Shown here: piece after piece, positions 9,939 to 19,403 of the stretch
How the letters are laid out: each line of letters begins with the position of its first letter
Numbering within the stretch: the stretch's first letter is position 1
Origin: an uncultured Candidatus Planktophila sp.
Lineage (GTDB): Bacteria > Actinomycetota > Actinomycetes > Nanopelagicales > Nanopelagicaceae
DNA length: 64,000 bases
Direction: 5' to 3'
Assembly: GCA_964497665.1 (NCBI GenBank)
Contig: CAZCDF010000001.1
Span: forward strand, 1,957 to 65,956
Translations under genes and position numbers: made by a program
Notes under the pieces: generated by a model
Told to the model about the DNA's origin: nothing
What the model saw: the letters and a program-made list of their open reading frames with translations, nothing else
Databases searched by the model: none

Positions 9939-10883
9939 ATGGAAAAGAGACGAGCTGGTGGTAGCGGATTAGCGCTCTCCCGCCTTGGCTTAGGAACAAT
10001 GACCTGGGGTCGAGATACAGATGAGATCGAAGCTGCCGATCAGTGTCGTGCTTTTCTTGATGCTGGTGGAAACTTTTTGGATACCGCGGCTACCTATGGC
10101 GATGGCGATAGCGAGCGGGTCATTGGTGGGCTGATTGGCACTCTCTTCAACAGAGATGAGGTGGTTATCGCGACAAAGGCTGGAATCAACTTCACCGATG
10201 GAGTTCGCAGAGTTGATGCTTCTCGGCATTCCTTAATCGCTGAACTTGATCGTTCACTAAATCGATTGGGAACGGATTTTGTAGATATTTGGCAAATCCA
10301 TAATTGGGATGAAATGACTCCGCTGGATGACACTTTATCTGCACTTGATTACGCATACACGACAGGCCGTGCACGTTACGTTGGTGTTAGTAACTATGCC
10401 GGATGGCAGGTCGCACGAGCGGCAACTAAGCAACAATCAAATTCTATGAAAGCTCCACTCACAACGGTTCAAGGTGAGTACTCCCTGCTTAATCGAAGTG
10501 CAGAGTATGAACTCATTGATGCCGCGGTGGAGTGCGGGTTGGGTTTTCTTGCGTGGGCTCCCCTAGCTCGTGGTGTGCTCACCGGAAAGTATCGAAAGGG
10601 CATTCCTAGTGATTCACGAGGTGCTGCCCCGCACTTTGCAAAACATATCGAACCTTACCTTGATGCTCGTTCCACAAAGATTGTCGAAGCTGTTGCAGTT
10701 GCCGCTGAGGGACTTGGATTTTCTCCGATTGAAGTAGCACTTGCTTGGGTACGTGATGCTCCAGGGGTAACAACAGCTTTGATTGGCGCACGAACAGGAG
10801 CGCAACTTCGCGGCGTGCTTAAGAGTGAAGAGATTTCGCTCCCGGATATTGTGCGAACCGCACTGGACGAAATCAGTCTTTAG
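9939..10883 (+). CDS. Aldo/keto reductase
   Basis: LGLGTMTWG, DTAATY, ATK, QIHNWD, GVSN, YSLLNR. Confidence 0.9.
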   Translation: MEKRRAGGSGLALSRLGLGTMTWGRDTDEIEAADQCRAFLDAGGNFLDTAATYGDGDSERVIGGLIGTLFNRDEVVIATKAGINFTDGVRRVDASRHSLIAELDRSLNRLGTDFVDIWQIHNWDEMTPLDDTLSALDYAYTTGRARYVGVSNYAGWQVARAATKQQSNSMKAPLTTVQGEYSLLNRSAEYELIDAAVECGLGFLAWAPLARGVLTGKYRKGIPSDSRGAAPHFAKHIEPYLDARSTKIVEAVAVAAEGLGFSPIEVALAWVRDAPGVTTALIGARTGAQLRGVLKSEEISLPDIVRTALDEISL

Positions 10884-12190
10884 GCGTTTTCTAAAAAGTT
10901 CTTTAAAACGCGGGTGCCGAAGGTCAAACCTTCAATGGGAACTCTCTCATCAACACCATGGAACATCGCCATAAAGTTGAAATCTGCATCCAGCTTCAAT
11001 GGTGAGAAGCCGTAGCCAATAATTCCTAAATCTGCGAGAGCCTTGTTGTCAGTTCCACCACTCATCACATATGGAACTGGGATCGCCACTGAATCCTCTT
11101 TAATCAAGGCATTACACATCGCTTCAACTAAATCGCCCTCAAAGGGAACCTCTAACGCCTTGTCTCGCGTGATTGTTTCCACAGTTATGTTTTCACCGAT
11201 CAAGGACTTAATAGTCGCGTTTAACTCATCTTCAAATCCCGGAATGAAACGTCCATCAATGGTTGCACTTGCTGAGCCAGGAATGACATTAGCTTTGTAG
11301 CCAGCCTCTAACATCGTTGGGTTAGCTGTGTTTTGCAGGGTTGCACCGATCATGGTTGAAGCAAAACCGATTTCCTTCAGTAAGGGACGAAGGTCTTCCT
11401 CGTTGTACGGCTTTCCAGTTTCCTCCGCAATGCGCTTGAAAAACGCCTTTACAGTTTTGCTATAGCGTTGAGGCCACTCAAATTTTCCAATCTTCGCGAC
11501 AGCTTCAGATAGTCGAGTGATTGCATTCTCTTCATTCATCATGGAACCATGGCCGGCACGTCCTTCAGCGGTCAAACGCATCCAATGAATTCCCTTTTCA
11601 GCGGTTTCGATTAGGTACAACCTTTTCCCACCCGCGACAGTTACAGAAAATCCACCTACCTCAGATACAGCTTCAGTGCATCCAGCAAAAACCTCTGGGT
11701 GGTTTTTTACCATAAAGTGTGAGCCGTAAACGCTTCCTGCTTCTTCATCGGCAAAGAAAGCTAAAACAATATCTCGATCTGGAACATACCCGGTGCGCGC
11801 CCAATCTCTCACCGTCGCAAGAATCATGGCATCCATGTTCTTCATATCCACTGCGCCGCGTCCCCAAATGAATCCATTTTTAATCTCACCTGAGAATGGA
11901 TCAACCGACCAATCCTCTGCATTCGCAGGAACGACATCGATATGTCCATGAACAACTAAGCCTGGGCGAGATGAGTTCTTGCCCTTGATTCGGGCTATAA
12001 CATTGCAACGACCTGGAGCTGATTCATAGATAGTTGGTTCGATTCCAACCTCTGACAACAACTGTGCAACGTGAGCGGCGACCGCTTTCTCATCACCTTT
12101 ACCCTCACCAAAGTTAACGCTCGGAATTCGAATTAACTCCTGGCAGATTCGAATGGCTTCTAGTTCTAATTCGGTGTGTGGTGTACTCAT
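10880..12190 (-). CDS. M20/M25/M40 metallohydrolase (ArgE/DapE-like)
   Basis: HGHIDVVP, WGRGAVDMK, ADEEAG, GGTD, HGVDER. Confidence 0.9.
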   Translation of the reverse strand: MSTPHTELELEAIRICQELIRIPSVNFGEGKGDEKAVAAHVAQLLSEVGIEPTIYESAPGRCNVIARIKGKNSSRPGLVVHGHIDVVPANAEDWSVDPFSGEIKNGFIWGRGAVDMKNMDAMILATVRDWARTGYVPDRDIVLAFFADEEAGSVYGSHFMVKNHPEVFAGCTEAVSEVGGFSVTVAGGKRLYLIETAEKGIHWMRLTAEGRAGHGSMMNEENAITRLSEAVAKIGKFEWPQRYSKTVKAFFKRIAEETGKPYNEEDLRPLLKEIGFASTMIGATLQNTANPTMLEAGYKANVIPGSASATIDGRFIPGFEDELNATIKSLIGENITVETITRDKALEVPFEGDLVEAMCNALIKEDSVAIPVPYVMSGGTDNKALADLGIIGYGFSPLKLDADFNFMAMFHGVDERVPIEGLTFGTRVLKNFLENA

Positions 12191-12233
12191 TTCGCTATTC
12201 TTGCACTCAATTGCTATCCTTTCCTATCACTCA

Positions 12234-12317
12234 GTCCGGGTGGCGGAATTGGCAGACGCGCTAGCTTGAGGTGTTAGTTCCCGCAAGGGATTAGGGGTTC
12301 AAGTCCCCTCTCGGACA
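12234..12317 (+). tRNA. tRNA-Leu(GAG), CCA not encoded
   Basis: Acceptor GTCCGGG/CTCGGAC plus discriminator A; D arm GGCGGAATTGGCAGACGCG; anticodon arm CTAGC-TTGAGGT-GTTAG; long variable arm TCCC-GCAA-GGGA; T arm AGGGG-TTCAAGT-CCCCT. Confidence 0.96.
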
Positions 12318-12318
12318 C

Positions 12319-12846
12319 ATGAAAATCGATGATGCGCTATTGCTCATCCGTGAAATCCCCGATTACCCAAAACCAGGAATTCGATTTCAAGACATCACCC
12401 CATTGTTGGCTCATGGCGAAGCATTTATCACAATCACAGAAAAGTTCGCTACCTACGCCGACTCTTCAACCTTGATCGCTGGCATTGAAGCTCGCGGATT
12501 CATCTTTGCATCTGCGGTAGCAAATCAATTGCGTAGCGGCTTTGTTCCAATCCGCAAGGCAGGCAAACTTCCACACTTAACAATCTCTGAGAGTTATGGT
12601 CTTGAGTATGGCGTTGACACTTTGGAGCTCCATGTTGATGCAGTGACACCTGGTTCAAAAGTACTTCTGATCGATGATGTACTTGCAACCGGAGGAACAA
12701 TTGGAGCGGCGATCGAATTAATTCAAAGACTTGGCGGAGAAGTAATTCATGTTCTTGCGCTCTTGGAGATTAGCGGCCTACCTGGCCGTGAGCGACTCAA
12801 TGAGAAATATCCTCACATTCCCGTTACCTCGCTGGTAGTTTCTTAG
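12319..12846 (+). CDS. apt: Adenine phosphoribosyltransferase
   Basis: PDYPKPGIRFQDITPLL, GIEARGF, IRKAGKLP, YGLEYG, IDDVLATGGT. Confidence 0.95.
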   Translation: MKIDDALLLIREIPDYPKPGIRFQDITPLLAHGEAFITITEKFATYADSSTLIAGIEARGFIFASAVANQLRSGFVPIRKAGKLPHLTISESYGLEYGVDTLELHVDAVTPGSKVLLIDDVLATGGTIGAAIELIQRLGGEVIHVLALLEISGLPGRERLNEKYPHIPVTSLVVS

Positions 12847-12848
12847 TA

Positions 12849-14696
12849 ATGCGTATCCTTCAAATTCAAGGATTGCGAGCATTAGCTGCTCTCCTTGTAA
12901 CAATCTTTCATGCCAAGATGATGCCCGGCGGGTTTATTGGCGTCGATATTTTCTACGTAATCTCTGGATACCTAATAACTGGGTTGATTCTAAGAGAGAT
13001 TGAAAAGACAGGCCGTCTTGATCTCAACGCCTTCTATCAGCGAAGAATTAAACGCTTATTGCCGACCTCTGTTTTCGTATTGTTTGTGACAGCCCTCATT
13101 GGGTTTTTTGTCTTGCCAGCTATAACCAGAGATGCTTTAGGAAGAGATCTATTTGCGGCCGCGGCTTACATATCCAACTACCTGTTTGCCTGGTGGGAAA
13201 ATGACTATCAAAATCTAAATGCAACCCCATCACCTTTTATCCATTATTGGTCATTGGCGGTTGAAGAACAGTTCTATGTGGTGTGGCCAATCTTCATTCT
13301 TTTCCTCTCGCGTTTTGGTAGACGAGCCATTCTCAATGGTGTTGCGATTGTCACGGGATTATCACTTTTACTTTCCATTTACTTAACTCAGGCTGCACCG
13401 ATTTGGGCTTTTTACTCATTACCAACACGTGCTTGGGAGTTAGGTGTTGGTGCTTTATTGCTCTTTATCCCAGAGAAGTATCTTCGTAATAGGTACTTTC
13501 CATGGTTGGGCGCTATTGGAATTGTTTACTCATCAATTAACTTTAATGAGAGCACCGCTTTTCCGGGCGCCATAGCGTTGATCCCGGTTTTAGCCACCGC
13601 CATTCTTATTGGAACTATTCCAATCTGGCCTAGATTCTTCAATGATTTAAGCAACAACCCTTTATCTCAATGGCTAGGAGCGATTTCATATCCGCTATAC
13701 CTGTGGCATTGGCCAGCTTTAGTTTTGCCAAGTAGCGCTTTAGGTCGCCCACTAAGAATTCGAGAAACCTTTCTGTGTATCTTGCTCACCATTGTTTTAG
13801 CTCATTTCACGAGCAAGTTCATAGAACAACCGTTGCGACATAGGAATTTTACGGCCAAAAAAACCTACGGTTTCTTCGCTGCCACAACCATTGTTTCACT
13901 CTTGGTCGCTCTTGGAATTTCTTCGACCGCTTCATCCATCATCTCCGTCAAAGGAACGAGCTATACCTTCGACCTAGTAAAGGTGATGGAAAGACCACTT
14001 GTCTATGAGGATGATTGTCATGTTAATTATGGCGAGGAGTTATCTGGCGATTGCACTTATGGAGTCATTGGCTCGGAAAAGAAGATAGTTCTTTACGGAG
14101 ATTCACATGCTGCGCAGTGGTTCCCAGCGTTGCAGCGATTGGCGGTTGAAAAGGGCTTTGAGCTTATTTCCCTCACCAAATCGGCATGTGCCTCTGTTGA
14201 TGTTCCCCGTCCTGATCAGGGTGCGTTTAAGAACGCAGATTGTGAAAAATGGAGAGAAAATTCGATCAAGCGAATTCAAAAACTCAAGCCTGATGCTGTA
14301 ATCATCAGTAGCTTCCAGCATTTCACTCCGCCTTCAAGTTATTCGAACCGCGAACAATGGTGGAACGATGGGCAACGACAGTTGCTCTCTGATTTACGGG
14401 GTTCCTCAAGCAATCTCATTTACATTAGCGATACTCCCCAACCGCTGCGTGATATTCCAAGTTGCTTAGCAACGAGTAATGTAAAAAGTTGCAACACGAC
14501 AAAGAAAACGCCAAATGTCATCATCGACGGCTTTAAGAAGATAGATCCAACGCCATGGTTGTGCTCTCGAGCCTGCCCAGCGATCAAGGATGGATATGTC
14601 GTCTATCGTGACGGTTCACACATTTCAGTGGAGGCAGCTCTTGGCCTATCTGAGCAACTAGGAAATGCTTTGAAGGATAAAGGGCTATTTCCCTAG
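12849..14696 (+). CDS. Acyltransferase-3 plus SGNH domain O-acetyltransferase (OatA/OafA-like)
   Basis: IQGLRALA, GGFIGVDIFYVISGYLIT, FYQRRIKRL, HYWSLAVEEQFY, SYPLYLWHWP; C-terminal GDSHA and DGSH. Confidence 0.9.
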   Translation: MRILQIQGLRALAALLVTIFHAKMMPGGFIGVDIFYVISGYLITGLILREIEKTGRLDLNAFYQRRIKRLLPTSVFVLFVTALIGFFVLPAITRDALGRDLFAAAAYISNYLFAWWENDYQNLNATPSPFIHYWSLAVEEQFYVVWPIFILFLSRFGRRAILNGVAIVTGLSLLLSIYLTQAAPIWAFYSLPTRAWELGVGALLLFIPEKYLRNRYFPWLGAIGIVYSSINFNESTAFPGAIALIPVLATAILIGTIPIWPRFFNDLSNNPLSQWLGAISYPLYLWHWPALVLPSSALGRPLRIRETFLCILLTIVLAHFTSKFIEQPLRHRNFTAKKTYGFFAATTIVSLLVALGISSTASSIISVKGTSYTFDLVKVMERPLVYEDDCHVNYGEELSGDCTYGVIGSEKKIVLYGDSHAAQWFPALQRLAVEKGFELISLTKSACASVDVPRPDQGAFKNADCEKWRENSIKRIQKLKPDAVIISSFQHFTPPSSYSNREQWWNDGQRQLLSDLRGSSSNLIYISDTPQPLRDIPSCLATSNVKSCNTTKKTPNVIIDGFKKIDPTPWLCSRACPAIKDGYVVYRDGSHISVEAALGLSEQLGNALKDKGLFP

Positions 14697-14717
14697 AGCT
14701 ATGGCAGTATGCGCTCC

Positions 14718-15362
14718 ATGGCTGAGTTGGTGTACTACTGCGGAACTATGGATAGCGGCAAGTCGACCCTTGCCCTCCAAACTGCACACAACCACCAGAG
14801 TCGCGGACGAACTGGATTAATCTTCACCAACAAGGATCGAGCTGGATCTGGAGTTATCTCCTCCCGCTTGGGACTTTCCAGTCCTGCAATTGAAGTTACT
14901 CCCGAACTTGATATTCATAAATTGGTCGTGGACAAACTTTCTATGGGTGAGCGAGTTGATTACATAATCTGTGATGAAGCACAATTTTACGAGAGCGTAC
15001 AGATTGATCAATTAGCACGGGTTGTTGATGGACTCGGTATCGATGTCTTTGCCTTTGGAATTCTCGCCGACTTTCGCACCAAACTCTTTCCAGGTTCTGC
15101 GCGATTGGTGGAGCTTGCAGATCGGGTTAACACTTTGCAGGTTGAAGCTCTCTGCTGGTGTGGCTCAAGGGCAACACATAATGCTCGAACAGTTGGCGGC
15201 GTAATGGTGACTGAGGGCGAGCAGGTTGTTGTAGGCGATGTCGCCGCGGGTGCCGAAGTTGCTTATGAAGTTTTATGTAGACGTCACCACATGCGACAGG
15301 TAACTGCACGGGCTTCACGAGCGGCCCATACTTCAACACTTCCACTACCGTTTAAGGAGTGA
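14718..15362 (+). CDS. tdk: Thymidine kinase
   Basis: GTMDSGKST, SSRLG, CDEAQF, DFRTKLFPGS, CWCG, YEVLCRRH; alternative start 14709. Confidence 0.92.
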   Translation: MAELVYYCGTMDSGKSTLALQTAHNHQSRGRTGLIFTNKDRAGSGVISSRLGLSSPAIEVTPELDIHKLVVDKLSMGERVDYIICDEAQFYESVQIDQLARVVDGLGIDVFAFGILADFRTKLFPGSARLVELADRVNTLQVEALCWCGSRATHNARTVGGVMVTEGEQVVVGDVAAGAEVAYEVLCRRHHMRQVTARASRAAHTSTLPLPFKE

Positions 15363-15364
15363 GT

Positions 15365-16405
15365 ATGAACTCACGTGGGTATGCGGCGTTATCGGCCAAA
15401 TCAGATCTAACCTCCTTCGAGTTTCAACGTCGTACCCTGGGTGAGCATGATGTCGCCTTGGATATCGCATACGCCGGAATCTGCCACAGCGATATCCATC
15501 AAGTTGCTGAAGAGTGGGGTCCAGCGATATTCCCAATGGTTCCGGGTCATGAGATTGCAGGTGTCGTGAGCTCTATCGGAGCTAAAGTTACAAAGTTTAA
15601 GGTTGGCGACAAAATTGGCGTTGGCGTCTTTGTCGATTCCTGTCGTGTTTGTACCAGCTGTCAGAAGGGTCTGCAGCAGTACTGTGTTGAGGGAATGACC
15701 GGAACTTACAACGGTTTAGAGCGCGATGGAGTAACTGTCGCGATGGGTGGATACTCCAACAACTTTGTTATCAATGAGGATTACGCGGTTCATATTCCTG
15801 ATAACTTGCCTATGGATGGCGTCGCACCACTTTTATGCGCAGGTATCACCTTGTACTCACCAATCAAGCACTGGAATGTGAAGCCCGGCATGAAGGTCGC
15901 TGTTATGGGATTAGGCGGTCTTGGACACATGGGTGTGAAGTTTGCTGTGGCGATGGGTGCAGAGGTAACGGTTCTTTCACACTCACCTAGTAAGCAGGAT
16001 GATGCAATTGCAATGGGAGCACATCACTTCATATCCACCAAAAATGCCGAAAACTTACTGCCCCTTGTTAAAAGCTTTGATCTGATTCTCAATACGGTTA
16101 GTGCAGAGTTGGATATCAATGATTATCTCAATCTCCTCAAGTTGGATGGCACCCTAGTTGTCATAGGCCTTCCCGGTAAGCCTTATGCCGTGCATGCTGG
16201 CACATTGCTCAATGGGCGCAGATCTCTATCTGGATCCATGATAGGTGGAATTCCCGAGATGCAAGAGATGTTGGATTTCTGCGCAAAGCATCAGATTGTC
16301 AGTGATGTCGAAGTCATTAAAGCGGAATACATTAATGAGGCGTACAAGCGAACAGTGGCAAGTGATGTGAAGTATCGATTTGTCATCGATGCATCAACTT
16401 TTTAA
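15365..16405 (+). CDS. Zn-dependent NADP alcohol dehydrogenase (cinnamyl-ADH/AdhC-like)
   Basis: GICHSD, PGHEI, CxxCxxC..C, PLLCAGIT, GLGGLGH, YRFVID; AAGGAG 5 nt before ATG 15365. Confidence 0.9.
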   Translation: MNSRGYAALSAKSDLTSFEFQRRTLGEHDVALDIAYAGICHSDIHQVAEEWGPAIFPMVPGHEIAGVVSSIGAKVTKFKVGDKIGVGVFVDSCRVCTSCQKGLQQYCVEGMTGTYNGLERDGVTVAMGGYSNNFVINEDYAVHIPDNLPMDGVAPLLCAGITLYSPIKHWNVKPGMKVAVMGLGGLGHMGVKFAVAMGAEVTVLSHSPSKQDDAIAMGAHHFISTKNAENLLPLVKSFDLILNTVSAELDINDYLNLLKLDGTLVVIGLPGKPYAVHAGTLLNGRRSLSGSMIGGIPEMQEMLDFCAKHQIVSDVEVIKAEYINEAYKRTVASDVKYRFVIDASTF

Positions 16406-17133
16406 AAACTGTGTACGAGCAGCGCAAAGATAGGTGCGATCGCCAAAGCAGGTAAGAGATTTCCAACTGCGACGCTCTTAATGTTGAGTAGCTTCAGTGC
16501 AATACAAATCAGCATGATCCCACCGACTACTGTCATGGCATCAACTTGATAGCCCTCTAAAATCTCACCGAGGCCAAATCCGATAACGGTCCACATCCCT
16601 TGGTAAATTCCAACAGGAAGTGCCGAGACCGCTACTCCCCAGCCCAAGGATGTCGCAAAAGCCATCGCTGCGAAAAAGTCGAGGGTGCTCTTTAAAATCA
16701 ATTGATCTATCCCAGTTCCCATTCCATCGCTGATGCTTCCAAGGATGGCAAGAGGTCCTATTGCAAAGAGAAGGGATGCGGCTACAAAACCTTCGACAAA
16801 GGAGGATTCACTTGATGCTTTAAAGCGAATCCTTAACCTCTCCCCCAATGAATCAAGTTTGTTCTCGAGCTTTAGTGCAGAGCCGATCAGTCCTCCGATG
16901 AGCAGAGAGCCCAATACGACGAGCAAACTCCACCCTTGGGGTAATGCAGATGAGTAGCGTTCTGACCACAAAGGTATTAAGGCTGATGCAGCGCCTAACA
17001 AAGTAACTAGACCTAGAACATCGGTGAGTAGAGTTCGTGTTCGTGGAGGCATTCGATTACCTACGAGAACGCCGAGCGATGCTCCACCAATAATGGTGAT
17101 GATATTTATTACGGTGCCAACGCCTGGAAACAT
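16402..17133 (-). CDS. DUF554 family membrane protein
   Basis: GTVIN, F.EGFV.ASLLF.IGP.AILGS..DG, KS.LD, YQG, NLLPAL; many hydrophobic segments. Confidence 0.85.
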   Translation of the reverse strand: MFPGVGTVINIITIIGGASLGVLVGNRMPPRTRTLLTDVLGLVTLLGAASALIPLWSERYSSALPQGWSLLVVLGSLLIGGLIGSALKLENKLDSLGERLRIRFKASSESSFVEGFVAASLLFAIGPLAILGSISDGMGTGIDQLILKSTLDFFAAMAFATSLGWGVAVSALPVGIYQGMWTVIGFGLGEILEGYQVDAMTVVGGIMLICIALKLLNIKSVAVGNLLPALAIAPIFALLVHSF

Positions 17134-17138
17134 TTACT

Positions 17139-17148
17139 GAGTATACTC
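17139..17148. promoter_or_regulatory. Palindromic bidirectional -10 element GAGTATACTC
   Basis: TATACT at 17142-17147 (+) and 17145-17140 (-), each 6 nt from a divergent ATG. Confidence 0.75.
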
Positions 17149-17153
17149 TGTGA

Positions 17154-17819
17154 ATGTCCAATCCATTCCTGGAGTTTCTACGTCCACATAAAACGGTTCC
17201 TCAGGCACCTTGGTCAGCAACTTCACGGTGGGATCTCAATCCTTCACGCGTAGGAATCCTCTTCTTCGGCCTCTTCATTTTTGGAGTTGGTGATTCACTT
17301 CTTATTCAAAGCACTATTGGCAACGCTCCATGGTCGGTATTGGCACAAGGTGTCTCATCTAAGTTAGAGATAACAATGGGTTGGTCTACCTTTGCGATCA
17401 GTACTTTAGTTCTGTTGTTATGGATTCCATTAAGAGAAAAACCTGGATTTGGTACCCTTTCTAATATCGCAATCATCGCTCTTGCTATTCAAGTTGGAGT
17501 AACTTTTTTTCCGGAACAAGATAATTACCTCATCGCAATCATCTACTGCTTAGTTGGAATCGCGATGGTTGGCTTTGGATCTGCCCTCTACATCACCTGT
17601 GGTTTAGGTCCAGGTCCACGTGATGGCTTGATGACCGCCATCCATAACCGCTCAGGTGTTCGCATAGGTCGTGTCCGTTTGGCCATTGAGAGCTCAGTTT
17701 TGGTCGCTGGGTGGCTCTTAGGTGGCACGGTGGGGTTAGGAACCCTCTTATTCGCCCTCCTAATTGGGCAATCAATCGCTATCGCTCTGGGAGTCGTTTC
17801 TCGGGTTACTTCCAGGTAA
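17154..17819 (+). CDS. YczE/YyaS/YitT-family membrane protein
   Basis: GNAPWSVLAQG, KPGFGT..N, LGPGPRDGLM, GWLLGGTVGLGT (internal duplication typical of the family). Confidence 0.82.
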   Translation: MSNPFLEFLRPHKTVPQAPWSATSRWDLNPSRVGILFFGLFIFGVGDSLLIQSTIGNAPWSVLAQGVSSKLEITMGWSTFAISTLVLLLWIPLREKPGFGTLSNIAIIALAIQVGVTFFPEQDNYLIAIIYCLVGIAMVGFGSALYITCGLGPGPRDGLMTAIHNRSGVRIGRVRLAIESSVLVAGWLLGGTVGLGTLLFALLIGQSIAIALGVVSRVTSR

Positions 17820-17912
17820 CACATAGGATTTAACTCTTCCCAAGGGTTGTGCGCCCTATCGCACACGGGGTCGCAAACACCCCCGTTAACAAAATTAGAA
17901 AGGCACTACTTC

Positions 17913-19358
17913 ATGCTGGATTCATACTTCAAAATCTCTGAACGGGGCTCTTCAATCGCCCAAGAGGTTCGAGGCGGACTCGTAACCTTCTTCACGATGG
18001 CTTACATCGTGGCTCTTAACCCAATTATCTTGGCGTACACACCAGATGCAAATGGTCAGTTCCTATTTGGAGGAGCACAACCTGCTCCTGCAATGGTAGC
18101 TGCAACAACTGCACTCGTAGCTGGCGTATTAACAATCCTGATGGGTTCAATCGCTAACTATCCATTAGCACTTGCTACAGGTCTGGGTCTCAATACCTTC
18201 GTTGCAGTTGGTATTGCTTCACAGATGTCATGGGCTGCTGCAATGGGCCTTGTTGTTCTTGAAGGTTTAATCATCTTGGTATTGGTGCTCACCGGATTCC
18301 GTGTGGCAGTTTTCAAGGCGGTTCCACCACAGATCAAGATCGCAATCTCAGTTGGTATCGGACTCTTCATCGCGCTTATCGGTCTAGTTGATGCCGGCTT
18401 CGTACGTCGTACAGCAAGTGGTCCAGTTCCAGTAGGCCTAGGAGTCAATGGAAACCTCGTTGGATGGCCAACAGTTGTATTCGTCTTCGGAACTCTTTTG
18501 ATCATCGGACTTATGGTTCGCAAGGTCAAGGGTGCAATCCTTATCGGAATCGGAGCCGCTACAGTCTTGGCGATCGTTATTCAACGAGCCTTTAACATTG
18601 CACCTAACTTCACTCCTGGAAACCCTCCAACAATCGTTGATGGTGGTTGGCAGCTAGGCATTCCTTCAATTCCTAAGGAAGTTGCTGCTGTTCCAGAGTT
18701 TGATTTCACTGGTCAGTTCGATCTCTTTGGCGCTTTCAGCGTTGACAATGTTTCATTGATCGCAGCAATTCTTCTCCTATTCACCCTTTTGCTCTCTGAC
18801 TTCTTCGACACTGTCGGAACTGTTACAGCGATCGGTCATGAATCAGGACTTGCTGATAAGGATGGAAATGTTGACAACATCCAGAAGATTCTTTTGGTTG
18901 ACTCTGTAGCAGCTGCTGCAGGTGGTGCCGCAGGTATTTCATCAAATACTAGCTACATCGAATCAGCTTCAGGTGTTGGTGAAGGTGCTCGTACAGGTCT
19001 CGCTTCGATCGTAACTGGTGTTGCGTTCCTACTTACTACCTTCTTGGCTCCACTTGTAGCAATCATTCCTTACGAGGCTGCTACACCTGCATTGATCATC
19101 GTAGGTTTCCTCATGATGTCCCAGATTAAGAACATTGAATGGGATGACATGGGAATCGGAGTTCCAGCATTCCTAACAATTATCTTGATGCCATTTACTT
19201 ACAATATCTCTGTTGGTATCGGCGCAGGATTCATCACACACGTTGTGATCCGCTTGGTTCAAGGTCGTGGCAAGGAAGTTCATCCACTCATGTACCTAGT
19301 TTCAGGTCTGTTCATGATCTACTTCTTGTCCTCACCACTTAACTCTTGGCTCGGATAA
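17913..19358 (+). CDS. NCS2 family (AzgA/PbuG-like) purine permease
   Basis: EVRGGLVTFFTMAYI..NP, GLGLN.F, GIGLFIA.IG, DFFDT.GT, YIESASGV.EGARTG, MPFTY; GAAAGG SD before ATG 17913. Confidence 0.9.
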   Translation: MLDSYFKISERGSSIAQEVRGGLVTFFTMAYIVALNPIILAYTPDANGQFLFGGAQPAPAMVAATTALVAGVLTILMGSIANYPLALATGLGLNTFVAVGIASQMSWAAAMGLVVLEGLIILVLVLTGFRVAVFKAVPPQIKIAISVGIGLFIALIGLVDAGFVRRTASGPVPVGLGVNGNLVGWPTVVFVFGTLLIIGLMVRKVKGAILIGIGAATVLAIVIQRAFNIAPNFTPGNPPTIVDGGWQLGIPSIPKEVAAVPEFDFTGQFDLFGAFSVDNVSLIAAILLLFTLLLSDFFDTVGTVTAIGHESGLADKDGNVDNIQKILLVDSVAAAAGGAAGISSNTSYIESASGVGEGARTGLASIVTGVAFLLTTFLAPLVAIIPYEAATPALIIVGFLMMSQIKNIEWDDMGIGVPAFLTIILMPFTYNISVGIGAGFITHVVIRLVQGRGKEVHPLMYLVSGLFMIYFLSSPLNSWLG

Positions 19359-19370
19359 GTACTCTCACAG

Positions 19371-19401
19371 GAAGGGCCCCTGGGAAACCGGGGGCCTTTT
19401 C
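19371..19401 (+). terminator. Intrinsic terminator after the NCS2 gene, possibly bidirectional
   Basis: GAAGGGCCCCTGG-GAAA-CCGGGGGCCTTTTC GC-rich hairpin with a T run, between convergent genes. Confidence 0.85.
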
Positions 19402-19403
19402 AT

